Shown one piece after another: positions 25,799 through 37,562 of a DNA stretch of 64,000 nt (the stretch's first letter is position 1; each line of letters begins with the position of its first letter). The translations under genes and the position numbers were made by a program. The stretch comes from Octopus sinensis (lineage: Eukaryota): assembly GCF_006345805.1 (NCBI RefSeq), contig NC_042998.1, positions 207,762,001 to 207,826,000 on the forward strand. Reading direction: 5' to 3'. The notes below the pieces were generated by a model, which made no database searches, was not told the DNA's origin, and worked only from the letters and a program-made list of their open reading frames with translations.

Positions 25799-26195
25799 AT
25801 ATATATAATATAAAATCCGTTCTGTCTGTGTCTTCTAGGATCTCGGGCATCCTCCATCCGATTGCGCTCAAGTTTGATATGTAGATACCGACAGTATCAG
25901 GGCGTGCATAAGTCTTGAAAAAAATTACAAAAATCGATTCCAGGTGAGAACGCGATCGATAAAGCCGTGGAAACGTGCATTTGTACGCGCAAGTACATCA
26001 GCTGTTGCGATCGATACTACGCGTACGCGAGAAAAATGCACGGTATCTTAAATTTAGGTTAAATCAGTGTTTATCAAAGGGGAGGCCCATGGGACGTTCG
26101 GACAAGTTGTTTTGAGAAAATTTGGTTTAAATGGTTGACAACTCAGCACCATCCATTGGATGGGTGGCGTTTTGCTCGTATATATATATATAATA

Positions 26196-26261
<66 letters not shown>

Positions 26262-26995
26262 GTATGTATATATATTCCTTATACATTCCAAAACCGAGTT
26301 ACTGATTTTGACGTATGGCATATCAAAAGATTCAGTACTCTTTCGGTTACAAACTAAACTTAATTTTCATTCACATATTTGCATTTCAAAAATTTAACAT
26401 TATAATCTTATGCATTTTATAAAGCATTTTATACGATGACGACACCTTCACTCTCTCACTCACTCACTCACTCACTCACTCACTCACTCTTCCTCTCTCC
26501 TTCTTTCTCTCTGTATCTCTCTCTTTCTCTCTCTTTAACACACGCGCACACACGCACGCACACACACACGTCCATTTCATATACACATACATACATCTTT
26601 CACTTTCTCCTCTCCTTCACTTTCTGCTCTCTCTGTCCTTTTCGCTTTCTCTTCTTTCGATTTCCGCTCTCTTCAAAGCATAAACAAATAAGTTTTTACG
26701 GAATGAGAAAAAGACAGAGAGACAAGAGAAAGAAACAGAGACAGAAAACAAGTTTCTCTTGGAGAAGATGAAAGACTGGGATAGATATGTGTGTGTGCGT
26801 TCCATCGTTGCTTGACAACCGGTGTTGGCATGTTTACGTTCTCATAACTTAGCGGTTCGGCTAAAAGTCCGATAGAATAAATACCAGGCTTTACCAAAAG
26901 ACAAAAGTACTGGGGCTGATTCATTCGACTAAAAATTTCTCAAGGCAGTGCCCCAGCATGGCCACAGTCTTGCGACTGAAACAAGCAAAGGATGA
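25277..26995 (+). mobile_element. SINE A split by ~1.35 kb of inserts (head 25277-25440; tail 26785-26995)
   Basis: The two halves join at the usual microsatellite position. Confidence 0.75.
25441..26178 (+). mobile_element. Two non-autonomous Helitron-like segments
   Basis: A|TCTATATATATAAA 5' end at 25441; second segment from about 25800 ends in hairpin caccatcc..ggatgggtg + CTCG|T. Confidence 0.6.
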
Positions 26996-27302
26996 AAAAT
27001 AACATTGTAGGACAGGTACGAGAGGCCGGATGTGGCCAGTTTGAACAAAATATTTTGACCGGATTTGGCCGGTTTAAATACTAAAGGATTAATTAAAGAA
27101 GAGACACAGATAATGCAATTCTGCTTAACCTCTAAGATGGATGGATGGTCACGGATAAAGGCGGGGTTGGTTTTAATCAGAAAGGGGCTGAGATAGGATT
27201 TGCAATTCTTCCTTATAAAACCCTCACCAGTGCCAACAACCCAAACAGAGCCACGGGCTGGCGGACTGTCGCTCGAGTTTCACAAAACTGTCATCCGCCA
27301 GG

Positions 27303-27478
27303 CACTAGCGTATCAAGAGGGGGCAGGGGTGGCGTAGGGGCGGTATGTCCCGGGCGGCACTTTTAAAGGGGTGGCACTTTTGAGTTTGTTGTCGGCAATA
27401 TGTAATTTTTTGTGGGGTCTAGGGGGCGGCAGAAGGAAGGGTCATCCCCGGGTGGAACACGCTCTAGCTACGCTAGTG
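27303..27478. mobile_element. hAT-like MITE
   Basis: TIR cactagcgta / tacgctagtg; 8-bp TSD ccgccagg (27295-27302; 27479-27486). Confidence 0.85.
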
Positions 27479-27559
27479 CCGCCAGGGTTAGGGGAGCACC
27501 AACAGATGATGGATGCAGGGATGTGTTGTTACAACAGCAGTAGTTCCCATACCACTACA

Positions 27560-27594
<35 letters not shown>

Positions 27595-27619
27595 CACCAC
27601 CACCACCACCACCACCACC

Positions 27620-27653
<34 letters not shown>

Positions 27654-27719
27654 TGTGCTCTGTCAGAGTTGACCCGTCTGTTCAATCAGGAATAGCTTGG
27701 GTGTAAACAACAATAACGA

Positions 27720-27800
27720 AAGAGGCAAGCTACACGACTGACTGGCGTTCGATCCCTAACAGATGCACGCTGGCCCCTGGCCCACGGGCAGGCTGTCTCG

Positions 27801-27836
<36 letters not shown>

Positions 27837-27940
27837 TCCGTAGCTTCTGTAACGGTATCTGTTCCTTAGAGCTGGCTAGTCTTGTGCCTTTCTCATTCAG
27901 TCGCCCCAAACCCACTGCAAATGGCTGAGTACTCCACAAA
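27720..27940 (+). mobile_element. L2/Crack-like LINE RT C-terminal fragment
   Basis: ATRLTGVRSLTD..PLAH..VSSLSL[(TC)n]LFRSFCNGICSLELASLVP. Confidence 0.6.
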
Positions 27941-28104
27941 CACGAAGATCTCATGGAGACTGGAAGCCATTTGAATATTGGAAGAGAGTTATTCGTACCC
28001 TTATGATTCGCGCCGGGTCTCAAAATGCACGTTGGTTAAGGCCTTTTGAAATCTGTAACAGCTGAAGAGGTTGTAAGGCGTGACAAGGTCATCTTGACGA
28101 TTTT

Positions 28105-28378
28105 TCCTCTTTTACTTGTTTCAGTCATTTGACTTCGGCCATGCTGGAGCACCGCTTTTAGTCGAGCAAATCGACCCCAGAACTTATTCTTTGTAAGCCT
28201 AGTACTTATTCTATCGGGTGCTTTTGCCGAACCGCTAAGTTACGGGGACGTAAACATACCAGCATCGGTTGTCAAGCGATGTGAGGGCGACAAACACAGA
28301 TACACACACACACAATGTATACATATACATATATACGACGGGCTTCTTTCAGTTTCCGTCTACCAAATCCACTCTCAA
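28105..28378 (-). mobile_element. SINE A 3' part
   Basis: Family match. Confidence 0.88.
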
Positions 28379-28379
28379 G

Positions 28380-28628
28380 ACACCAACCATTCTTTCTGCT
28401 ACACCAAGGCCGAGCTGGTGGCCAAGATCAACGAGATGTTTGAAGGTCTTCTCAAGGATAAAGTGAGGGAGAGCTGTCTTCAGTTTCTGATGAAAAGATG
28501 GGGGCGGCTATTTTGAGCAAACTTTTATTCCCCAGCCATAATGTAGATACTTTATCTTTGGTTGTAATCTTGTGTATTCTTTCCTTTGTATGTCATTCAA
28601 ACTGTCAAATTTAGTCCGAACGACTATA
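28380..28628 (+). mobile_element. Tc1/mariner transposase 3' remnant with right end
   Basis: TKAELVAKINEMFEGL..GGYFE; ends in TA. Confidence 0.55.
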
Positions 28629-28644
28629 TATATATATATTTATA

Positions 28645-29200
28645 TTGATTGATTGATTGATTCTAGTTTCAGCTTATGAGCTGTGGCCATGCTGGGGCAC
28701 CGCCATTTGGTGTTGCTACTTGGTTTCACTTCATGGAGGCTTTCTAGCAACTGCTATTTGGTGCATGAGAGAGTTCGATGCAGCTGCCCTCATCTGCCCC
28801 TCCTGCCGTGAAGTTGGTTCATCTGGGACACCTGACAGGAAGAGATCCAGCTTCATTTTAAAGACATCTGTATCCACCCCATGCAGGTCTCTCAGGTTCT
28901 TCGGGAGGATATTGAAGAGCTGTGGGCCTCGGAAGCCCAGGCTATCACAGAATCTTGTCCTACATCTTGATGGCAGGTTTGGAGTCCTAGGCACCACGCA
29001 GTGGCGCCCAGTTCTGGCATTTGCGTAACTCTCGATGCCAAAGTTCAGGACACTTCCCTCCAGGATCTTCCAGATGTATATTATGGCATATCTTTCCCGC
29101 CTACGCTCCAGAGAATATAATTTTAATCTCTTGAGTCTTTCCCAGTAGCTTACATTCTGCATAGAGGCTATCTTCTTTGTGTAGCTTCGTTGGATCGCCT
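28645..29200 (-). mobile_element. CR1/L2-group LINE 3' fragment with (AATC)n tail
   Basis: SYWERLKRLKLYSLERRRERYAIIYIWKI..GPQLFNILP..FKMKLDLFL. Confidence 0.92.
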
Positions 29201-29379
29201 CATATATATATATATATATATACTTTTTATCTTATATTAAACTTTTTAATACTTTTTGATAGTTATATATATTAAAAAAAATTTTATTTAAATGTAAATT
29301 AATAATTTTAAATTTAAATAATTTGAATTTTTTAATTTTATATTTTATATATTTTGTATATTATATTAATTATATTTAT

Positions 29380-29522
29380 TTTTATGTATTGGTTGATGTC
29401 TATCACTGTTTGAGTTGCCTAATAGTGGTTTTATCTCTAATTTAATTTATATTTATACTGTGAAATTAGATTTAATCATAAATCTAATTTTCCCTGTAAG
29501 TTTGGATTTACTCCCTAATATT
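29380..29522 (+). repeat. AT-rich dispersed repeat (inverted copy at ~33612-33790)
   Basis: atgtctatcactgtttgagt..atagtggttttatctctaattt shared; both copies adjoin (TA)n. Confidence 0.75.
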
Positions 29523-29544
29523 ATTATTATTATTATTATTATTA

Positions 29545-29578
<34 letters not shown>

Positions 29579-29585
29579 TATTATT

Positions 29586-29642
<57 letters not shown>

Positions 29643-30251
29643 GAAGGTTTGAAAATGCAATTTTAAAAGATGTTTATTCACTTGACCGGTTTCACTTTTT
29701 TAGAAAAAGATTGTCAAAAGTAAAATGTAAAAGCTTTGTTGTGCTAAGTACTGTTTGTCACAAAATATTACAATATATATATATACATTCTTTGATAATA
29801 ATAAGAACATGTTAAAAACAGTTTACAAGGAAATATCTTGGGAAAATATAAAAATGTTCATTAAAATATTGGGTACAAAAAGTTGCAATACTTATATACA
29901 TACTTCGATAATAATAAGAAACTGTTAAAACAGTTTACAAGGAAAAATCTTGAGAAAATATTAAAAAGTTCGTTAAAAATATTAAGATTTCATTAAAAAT
30001 CATGTTTGTTTGGAAGTATCTATATATATACACACAGAAAATTATAAGTTCAAAAAGGTCATATTTTGGTAGTATATGTATATATGCACAGAAGGAGATA
30101 TATTTAGGAGTTTACAAAGAATTGGAGATGAACTGACCTGTTTTACCATTTTTTCGTTTTCATATATGACGGGTTTCTTGCCCAAGGTGCTTTGAAGTGG
30201 GACTGAACCAGGAATCATGTGGTTGAGAAGCAGGCCTCTTATCACACAGCC

Positions 30252-30252
<1 letters not shown>

Positions 30253-30282
<30 letters not shown>

Positions 30283-30490
30283 TGTATGTATGTATGGATG
30301 GATGGATGGATGTATGTATGTATGTGTTTATGTATGTATGTATGTATGTATGTATGTATGTATGTATGTATGCATGCATGTATGTATGTGTGTGTATGTA
30401 TGTATGTATGTGTGTGTGTATGTATGTATGTATGTGTGTGTATGTATGTATGTATGTATGTGTGTATGTGTGTATGTATGTATGTATGTG
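30253..30490. repeat. (TATG)n microsatellite
   Basis: Direct observation. Confidence 0.98.
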
Positions 30491-30862
30491 TGTTTTGTCT
30501 ATATAGGTGTATATATGTGCATACAGTTCATAAATAATAGAAAAGAACAAAAGTCAATTAGACGTATACAGTGAATGTATTTGTACAGAGAATGTATCTG
30601 TACATGGAAAGTTTTAGATGGGAAATGATGTTTCGAGCATGGTTCTTTGTCGGAAAGAGGGAAAAGTCCAGAGAAGAGGCAGAGGTGGATGGAGCAGAGA
30701 GTCTCGAGAAAAGCACGTGTGTTGTTGTATAAAATATTGTATACACACACACACATATATATATGTGTGTGTGTATGTATGCATATATGCATACATATAT
30801 GAGTGTGTGTTCGTGCTTTTTGTGTGTGTATTTTGTGTGTATTTTTGTGTGTACATGTGTGC

Positions 30863-30896
<34 letters not shown>

Positions 30897-31217
30897 TCAT
30901 ATATGTATGCATATATATGCATACATATATGAGTGTGTGTTCGTGCTTTTTGTGTGTGTATTTTTGTGTGTGCATGTGTGCATATATATATATATATATG
31001 AGTGTGTGTTTGTGCTTTTTGTGTGTGCATGTGTATATATATATATATGTGTGTGTGAATGTATATATATATATATGTGTGTGTGTGTGCATGTGTATAT
31101 ATATATGTGTGTGTATGTGTGTGCATATAAAAGGCCAAGATGGTTATGATTGCAGACGCAGCTTTGATCTTCGTTCAACTTAAACAGAACGAATACGAGG
31201 CTAAGCAACAACAACAA

Positions 31218-31248
<31 letters not shown>

Positions 31249-31689
31249 AACAACGGTTCGTTCTGTGTCGCAGACAATATGGTTTCGTTAATTACACAAA
31301 TTTTTCCAACGCCGATGCTGCTTTTTGAAGACTATTTACTTATAGATTTATTCGTCTTCTCAACTTTTCAATCACACAGATTTGTAAGCCTAATAAGTGT
31401 CGGTTAATTATCTTTCTTAATAAATATCATTGCTTGTGGCGAGCAGTAAATATTAATTAACAAGCCAGAATTAGTTGATCCTAGAATTATTTTCACCTTA
31501 TAGTTTTATATTTTATACAACAAATTTATTTGTAGAAATGCATGAAGTCTCATTCGTCCTCATATGTTTTCGTTTTCTTTATCTTACAAATCAAGTTGTG
31601 TACATTAGCGTCGTCTATTACAGGCTTCCGACAGAAAGCTGTGACACTTAGGCGCAGGCGTGGCTGTGTGGTAAGAAGCTTGCTTCCGG

Positions 31690-33100
31690 TTTCCCAGGAT
31701 TCATTTGGCTTGTTGGTTTTGAGCGAGATGGACGTGGTTTTTAGCTATGCGTGTTTTTTGGCTGTGCGGCGTTTTTTCCTCCTGTGATGGAGGGACGTCG
31801 AACAAGAAGTTTTGAGTTGCTCTGTTTCGAGCACTGAAGGCCACCCTTCCTTGGAAGATATGTCATCAGAGGAGGAGATGGTGCAGTGCCTGGCGAGGAC
31901 AGACAAGGCTTTGGAAGAAAGAAGCTATGCCGCAGCGACGGAGGAAAAGTACGAAGACGTAAGGATAGAAGATATAAACAAATATAAGGGAATGCTGTAG
32001 AATTCTTAAAGGAAAAAGCAGGAAGAACGATAGTTTATGAGATGTACTCGGTGGCAGCTGGAAAAAGTGAAAACCTGGCTACGACACAGATAGAAAAGGT
32101 GTTGAGACTAGTCTGGAAAGGGATTTCGTACCTTGCCAGAGGTAAAAGATTTGGAGCAATTGAGGTGCAAGATGAAAAGCTAGCTACCACCAGGTTGCAT
32201 TCGGTAACACCCTTGAAAACGAACGAGATAGTTCTACCCGTATACCTTGGGAGACGTGCTTCCAGAATTAGGGTGGAGGAAATACCCCCGGAAGTGGATG
32301 TAACTTGGCTAGTGGCTGCTATATTACTTGGAATGGAGAAGGTGGTTGTCCTACAGGCAAACACAACACCTCACAGGAACTGGAAGGGACAAACTCTTAA
32401 CATGGTGGTACAAATTGCGGAGGAGGACATCGAAAAAATGGTCGAGAGCATGACAGCGGGAGGGACGGTATTAAGGGTCAGAAGGCGGCGAGCTGGCAGA
32501 ATCGTTAGCACGCCGGGTGAAATGCTTAGTTGTGTTTCGTCTGCCGTTACGTTCTGAGTTCAAATTCCGCCGAGGTCGACTTTGCCTTTTATCCTTTCGG
32601 GTTCGATTAAATAAGTACCAGTTACGCACTGGGGTCGATATAATCGACTTAATCCGTTTGTCTGTCCTTGTTTGTCCCCTCTATGTTTAGCCCCTTGTGG
32701 GTAATAAAGAAACAGGTATTAAGGGTCAGAGAAGAAGGGAGGATTCCGAGATGTTATAAATGTGGCCTGAAAGGCCACATTAGAGAGGAGTGTCCTTCAT
32801 TACAAGAAACGGATAAGGAAAGAGAGGACAAAAAAGTGGTGGATGCTCCACTGACCGTGGAGGAAAACGAAACAGATGTGGCACCACAGAGGAAGACAGG
32901 TACCAGCGTTGAGGAGGAGGAATAAAATAACAGCTGGGAAATGGTGGAGACGTATACCTTGGGAGACGTGCTTCAAGGGAATTGAATGTAGGTATGGAAG
33001 AAAATGTGGTGGTCCTGCAGGCCACCAAAACACCCTACAGAAACTGGCAAGGGCAGAGTCTGGACATGGTGGTACAGATTAACCCAGAAGATCTTGAAAG
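31690..33100 (+). pseudogene. Tx1/L1-like LINE 5' UTR + decayed ORF1 (gag-like, CCHC knuckle)
   Basis: CYKCGLKGHIREEC zinc knuckle; ORF has stops/frameshifts and a SINE B insertion. Confidence 0.7.
32483..32714 (+). mobile_element. SINE B inserted in ORF1
   Basis: 16-bp TSD ggtattaagggtcaga (32467-32482; 32715-32730). Confidence 0.95.
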
Positions 33101-33515
33101 TGTGGTATGAAATCCCTTGCCAGACTGGTCTCAGCCCCTTTCAAGTTGGGTTGGTGATAATACTTCAATCTTTCTCGTTGCCACCGCGTGTGTCCTGTAA
33201 GTAATCACCCTCTCTTTAAAACTTCTTTCGGGTGGGGAACACCTTCAAATCATTCCCCTCCATTTTAAGTATTTCCTTGAACCTGCTCAGTTCTTCTAGT
33301 CTCACATCTTCACTTTTCCTTTTGTCATTTCAGCATAATTTTTCGTCCCCACAGCCTCAGCAATTCTTTTCAGACTTTTCACTAATTCTTCCTCAGACGA
33401 CATAAAGTCTGAAGAAGAAGAACTTAAGTTTTTGTAACTCATTAAACATCGCTCCTCCATTAAACAAGAGAGAAGACGTAACTTACCACCGCTGCAAGAC
33501 AACCCAAAAACACGT
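33100..33515 (-). pseudogene. Second, diverged ORF1 5' fragment in opposite orientation
   Basis: MSSEEELVKSLKRIAEAVGTKNYAEMT is homologous to MSSEEEMVQCLARTDKALEERSYAAAT at 31860. Confidence 0.7.
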
Positions 33516-33550
33516 GTGGATTTGGTAGATGGAAACTGAAAGAAGCCTGT

Positions 33551-33612
<62 letters not shown>

Positions 33613-33796
33613 ATATTAGTGAGTATAACTCCAAATTTACAGGGAAAAATTTAATTTAGTATTAAATCAAATTTCACAATATAAATATATAAAATATAAA
33701 TTAGAGATAAAACCACTATTATGCGACTCAAACAGTGATAGACATAAACCAAAACATAAATAACAAATAATATATATTTTTATAAAACATATAACT

Positions 33797-34055
33797 AGAT
33801 CTCGGGTTCGAATCTCAGACCGGGCGATGTGTTTGTTTATGAGTGAAATACCTAAGCTCCACGCGGCTCCGGAAGAAGGTAATGGCGAACTTCTGCTGAC
33901 ACTTTCGTCATAACTTTTTCGCACTCTTTCCTCATGCATCTTGCAGCTCACCTGCGACGGACCGACGTCCCGTCCAGGTGGGGAACCTGTACGCCAAGGA
34001 AACCGGGAAACCGGCCCTAATGAGCCAGTCACGTCTCGAGAAGGAACGAACAACA
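33797..34055 (+). mobile_element. SINE C', 5' truncated
   Basis: Matches 374-686. Confidence 0.85.
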
Positions 34056-34221
34056 CAAAAAACTGTTTGATTCAAATTCAGCCATTTTGAATGTGAAATT
34101 CAAAATGACTGAAGATTAGCATCAGGCTTGAAACCCTCGCAATACCAACGAATGGTTTCATCCGTACATGTAATTCTCAATAAATGTGTTGAGTGCCCCT
34201 CCTTCGTTTGTCCACTCATTC

Positions 34222-34275
<54 letters not shown>

Positions 34276-34768
34276 TGTGTACGCATATGTGTGTTTTTGT
34301 GTCTGTGTTTGTCCCTCACCACTGCTCGACAACCGGTGTTAGTGTGTTTACGTTCCCATAACATCGCGGTTCAGCAAAAGAGGCCTATAGAATATGTATC
34401 ACGCTTCATTCGACTAAAATTCTTCGAGATGGTGCCCCAGCATGGCCGCAGTCTAATGACTAAAACAAGTAAAAAAAAATAAAGACAGAAGAATGAAGAA
34501 AATGAAGCCAATAATTTGTTAAAACATTAACCTGGGAATCGAAATTGCGACGCTATGACCGCGAGTCCGCTGCCAGAACCACTGGGCCATTGCCTCTTCG
34601 CGAAGCACCAAACAAATACTAGCGTTAAAACAAACTTCTGTACCCTCCCTACGTATGAAATGTAAGTTGTGTTTGAACCGAAAACGTAAGGGATCGAAAC
34701 TCAGTACCCGACGGTATGTAGGGAGGGTACAGAAGTTTATATTAACCCTAGTATTTGATTGCTACTTT

Positions 34769-35137
34769 GTGGAGGCGCAATGGCCCAGTGGTTAGGGCAG
34801 CTGACTCACGGTCGTAGGATCGCAATTTGGATACCCAGACCGGGCATTGTAAGTGTTTATTGCGCGAAACACGAGGCTCTGGCAAGGGGCGGTGGCGAAC
34901 CCTGCTCTACTCTTTCACCTCAACTTTCACTCATTCTTTCTTTCTGTTTCTATTGGACCTGTATTTCAAGGGGCCAGCCTTGTCACATTCTGTGTCACGC
35001 TGAATCTCCCCCGAGAACTACAATAAGGGTACACGTGTCTGTGGAGTACTCAACCACTTGCAAGTTAATTTCATGAGCAGACTGTTCTGTTGATCGGATC
35101 AACTGGAACACTCGTCGTCGTTACCGACGGAGTGCCA
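34769..35137 (+). mobile_element. SINE family C
   Basis: tRNA-like head ggaggcgcaatggcccagtggttagggcag..; tail ..gtcgtcgttaccgacggagtgcc. Confidence 0.9.
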
Positions 35138-35685
35138 TAGATGGGTACTTTATTTTATCGATCCCAGTCGCACGAAAGGCAAAGTTGTCTCCAGTTGAAT
35201 TTGAACTCAGAATGTAAAGAGACGCCACTAAATACAGAGAGTCTTTTACTTCGTCCACTCTTTCCAAATTCTTCGACAGAATCGACAATAGTTTAACCTG
35301 TAAAATGTTCTTACAAAGGATAAAAATATTATTTCTTAAAAGAAAAAAAAATACTTTGAACTTCATTTCTTCTTATGATTTATCGCGAAATAATAAAGAT
35401 TTGGTTGTTTATTATTATAATAGGAAAAGAAAAAGAGGAAAAAAAAAAGAAAGACTAAACGCAAATACAAGCGAAAGACCTGGAAGGAAAACCTCACAAA
35501 TTTGGTGCCTGAATGTCTTTCAATATATTCTTAAATATTTTTTCCTTTATCTTTTAATTGCTAAGGTATTGTAACAGAGTTTATGGTAAACCTTAATTCT
35601 ACAAAGGCGATTTAGACCTGAAGCATTTAAAATAAAAGTTAGAGAGCATTTATAATTATTTTGAAATAATTCATGCACAGATGTG

Positions 35686-35703
35686 ATAGATAGATAGACA
35701 GAC

Positions 35704-35775
<72 letters not shown>

Positions 35776-35815
35776 GTAGATAGATAGATAGATAGATAGA
35801 TGGATGGATAGATAG

Positions 35816-35846
<31 letters not shown>

Positions 35847-35899
35847 GATAAATAGATAGATAGATAAATAGATAGATAGATAAATAGATAGATAGATAA

Positions 35900-35984
<85 letters not shown>

Positions 35985-35985
35985 C
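35686..35985. repeat. (GATA)n microsatellite
   Basis: Direct observation. Confidence 0.98.
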
Positions 35986-36479
35986 GGAGGAATGAGATAA
36001 CAGAGAGAGATAACAGTTTTAAATTGATGAGAGGGGAAAAAGTTCTAACTCAAGAAACATCAGGAATAAACGTAGAAAAAAAAAGAACGACAATAAAAAG
36101 ATAAAATTAGAAATGAAAACCGAAAACGTCGCACACAGAGGATTCCATGTTGAATAAAATCCCGGGCAAAAAATTCGATTTTTCTTTCCGATAAATCTAC
36201 CTCTAGGTTATATTTACAACTTTCCAGTAAAACTCCTCAAAACTGTTGGCCCTTATTACAGTTCCTGCGAAATTTGGAAATACTTAAGATCTTCTCTTGG
36301 CTCTTAAACGAAATCCTTAAAACAATATATTATAGTTCCCCTTTATTACAGACCTAAATTACTTCTATTGGACTTGAACCAGCGACCTCATTTCTACGTT
36401 GTGTCTCGACTTAATACAAAGAGTGGCCAAACTACACCCAACTAGCTTTAAAACAGGTACATTTCTGCTGCCAACAATT

Positions 36480-37560
36480 GCTGAAGGGTGGGCCAGGGAT
36501 GCCGTGGCTAAAAATGCGCAGGCATGCACTGAGGCTGAGACACCTCTGGCTCTACCCGGACAGTGTGCAGGTATGGTCTCCGTTCGTCGGACAGTTGTTT
36601 CCACAGTTCACCTCGATCACTGAACTGGACCCATGGATTAAGTGTAGGCTGAAGTTGGGAACTTGGCACGCAGAGTGTCGTCAGGCGCTGATGCTTCTCC
36701 CCTAAGCGAGCAACGCCAGCGGCGGGGGTTCCATCTCGTCCTTTTATAGAGGGTTATTAGAGTTAAAATGTGAGGACGCCTTGGGAGAAACCCTGGGCTT
36801 CGATGACAGTTAATTCGCTAGCCTGTACCGAAGAACATTCGAGCTAGGGCCTTTGGACAAATTTCGAAAGTCCCTGGCATGGCAATATTACAGAGGTGCC
36901 TTACCTGTTCTGGATACACTCTTTAGGCATGGTGCTTCAGCCACGCCGACTTGTCCACGATGCGGTTAGGAAAATGAAACTGTCCTGCATGCAATTGTGC
37001 AATGCCCAAAGATATCGGAACTTTGGGTTTATGTCGAACAACTGGTGTCACATCTGAGAAGAGTACAGCTGTCAACCGAGTCTATAATTAAGATTATTCT
37101 GCCATCTTCCCCGAATAGAGAAGAGCAGGCTTGTTTCCTCTGCGGAGTAGCTACCGCGAAGGAAGTAGTGTGGAAGACGAGAGTGAAAGTGATCATGGCA
37201 AGCACCTTCATCCCCAGCCTTGGGTTGGTGAGCTTTTTTCTTTTCCATATGAAAAGAAAAATTAGGATGAAGAGGAGATACCTGTCGCACGGAATATTTC
37301 GGAAAAAAATGGACGACTGTAGCGAGAGTGTTGAGAGTAAATGCACCTGTTTGAGCGAGAAATTAAAGAGTCTACCAAAGGATTCAGTATTGGATCGTGG
37401 TTTGTGGGGTCAGCCACGTGCCTCACTGCATAATTGTTTCTTCAGTCATTTTTGTTTTTCATCCGAATTTTATATTTATTTATCATCGATTATATGTTCC
37501 ATTTGTCTTTCGACCCCCGTGTCTGTCCTTGTATCGTCCACTCTAGTTTTTTTTCACCTT
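36480..37560 (+). pseudogene. Tx1/L1-like ORF2 C-terminal fragment + 3' UTR
   Basis: [18 protein letters not shown] zinc finger; homologous to 51903-52450. Confidence 0.8.
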
Positions 37561-37562
37561 TA

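Larger units (their letters stand above)
24746..27088. mobile_element. Probable piggyBac-like MITE shell with multiple nested insertions
   Basis: TTAA|ctgtttagcatt ... aatactaaagga|TTAA degenerate TIRs. Confidence 0.45.

Noticed and set aside
30217-31277. Many overlapping ORFs ([16 protein letters not shown]-rich); similar at 46009-46484, 51492-53671 and 59091-59539
   Set aside because: They are translations of stop-free microsatellites, not genes.
34769-34845. tRNA-like sequences (also 600-676, 11305, 42250, 62289)
   Set aside because: They are SINE heads continuous with SINE bodies and lack an intact acceptor stem.
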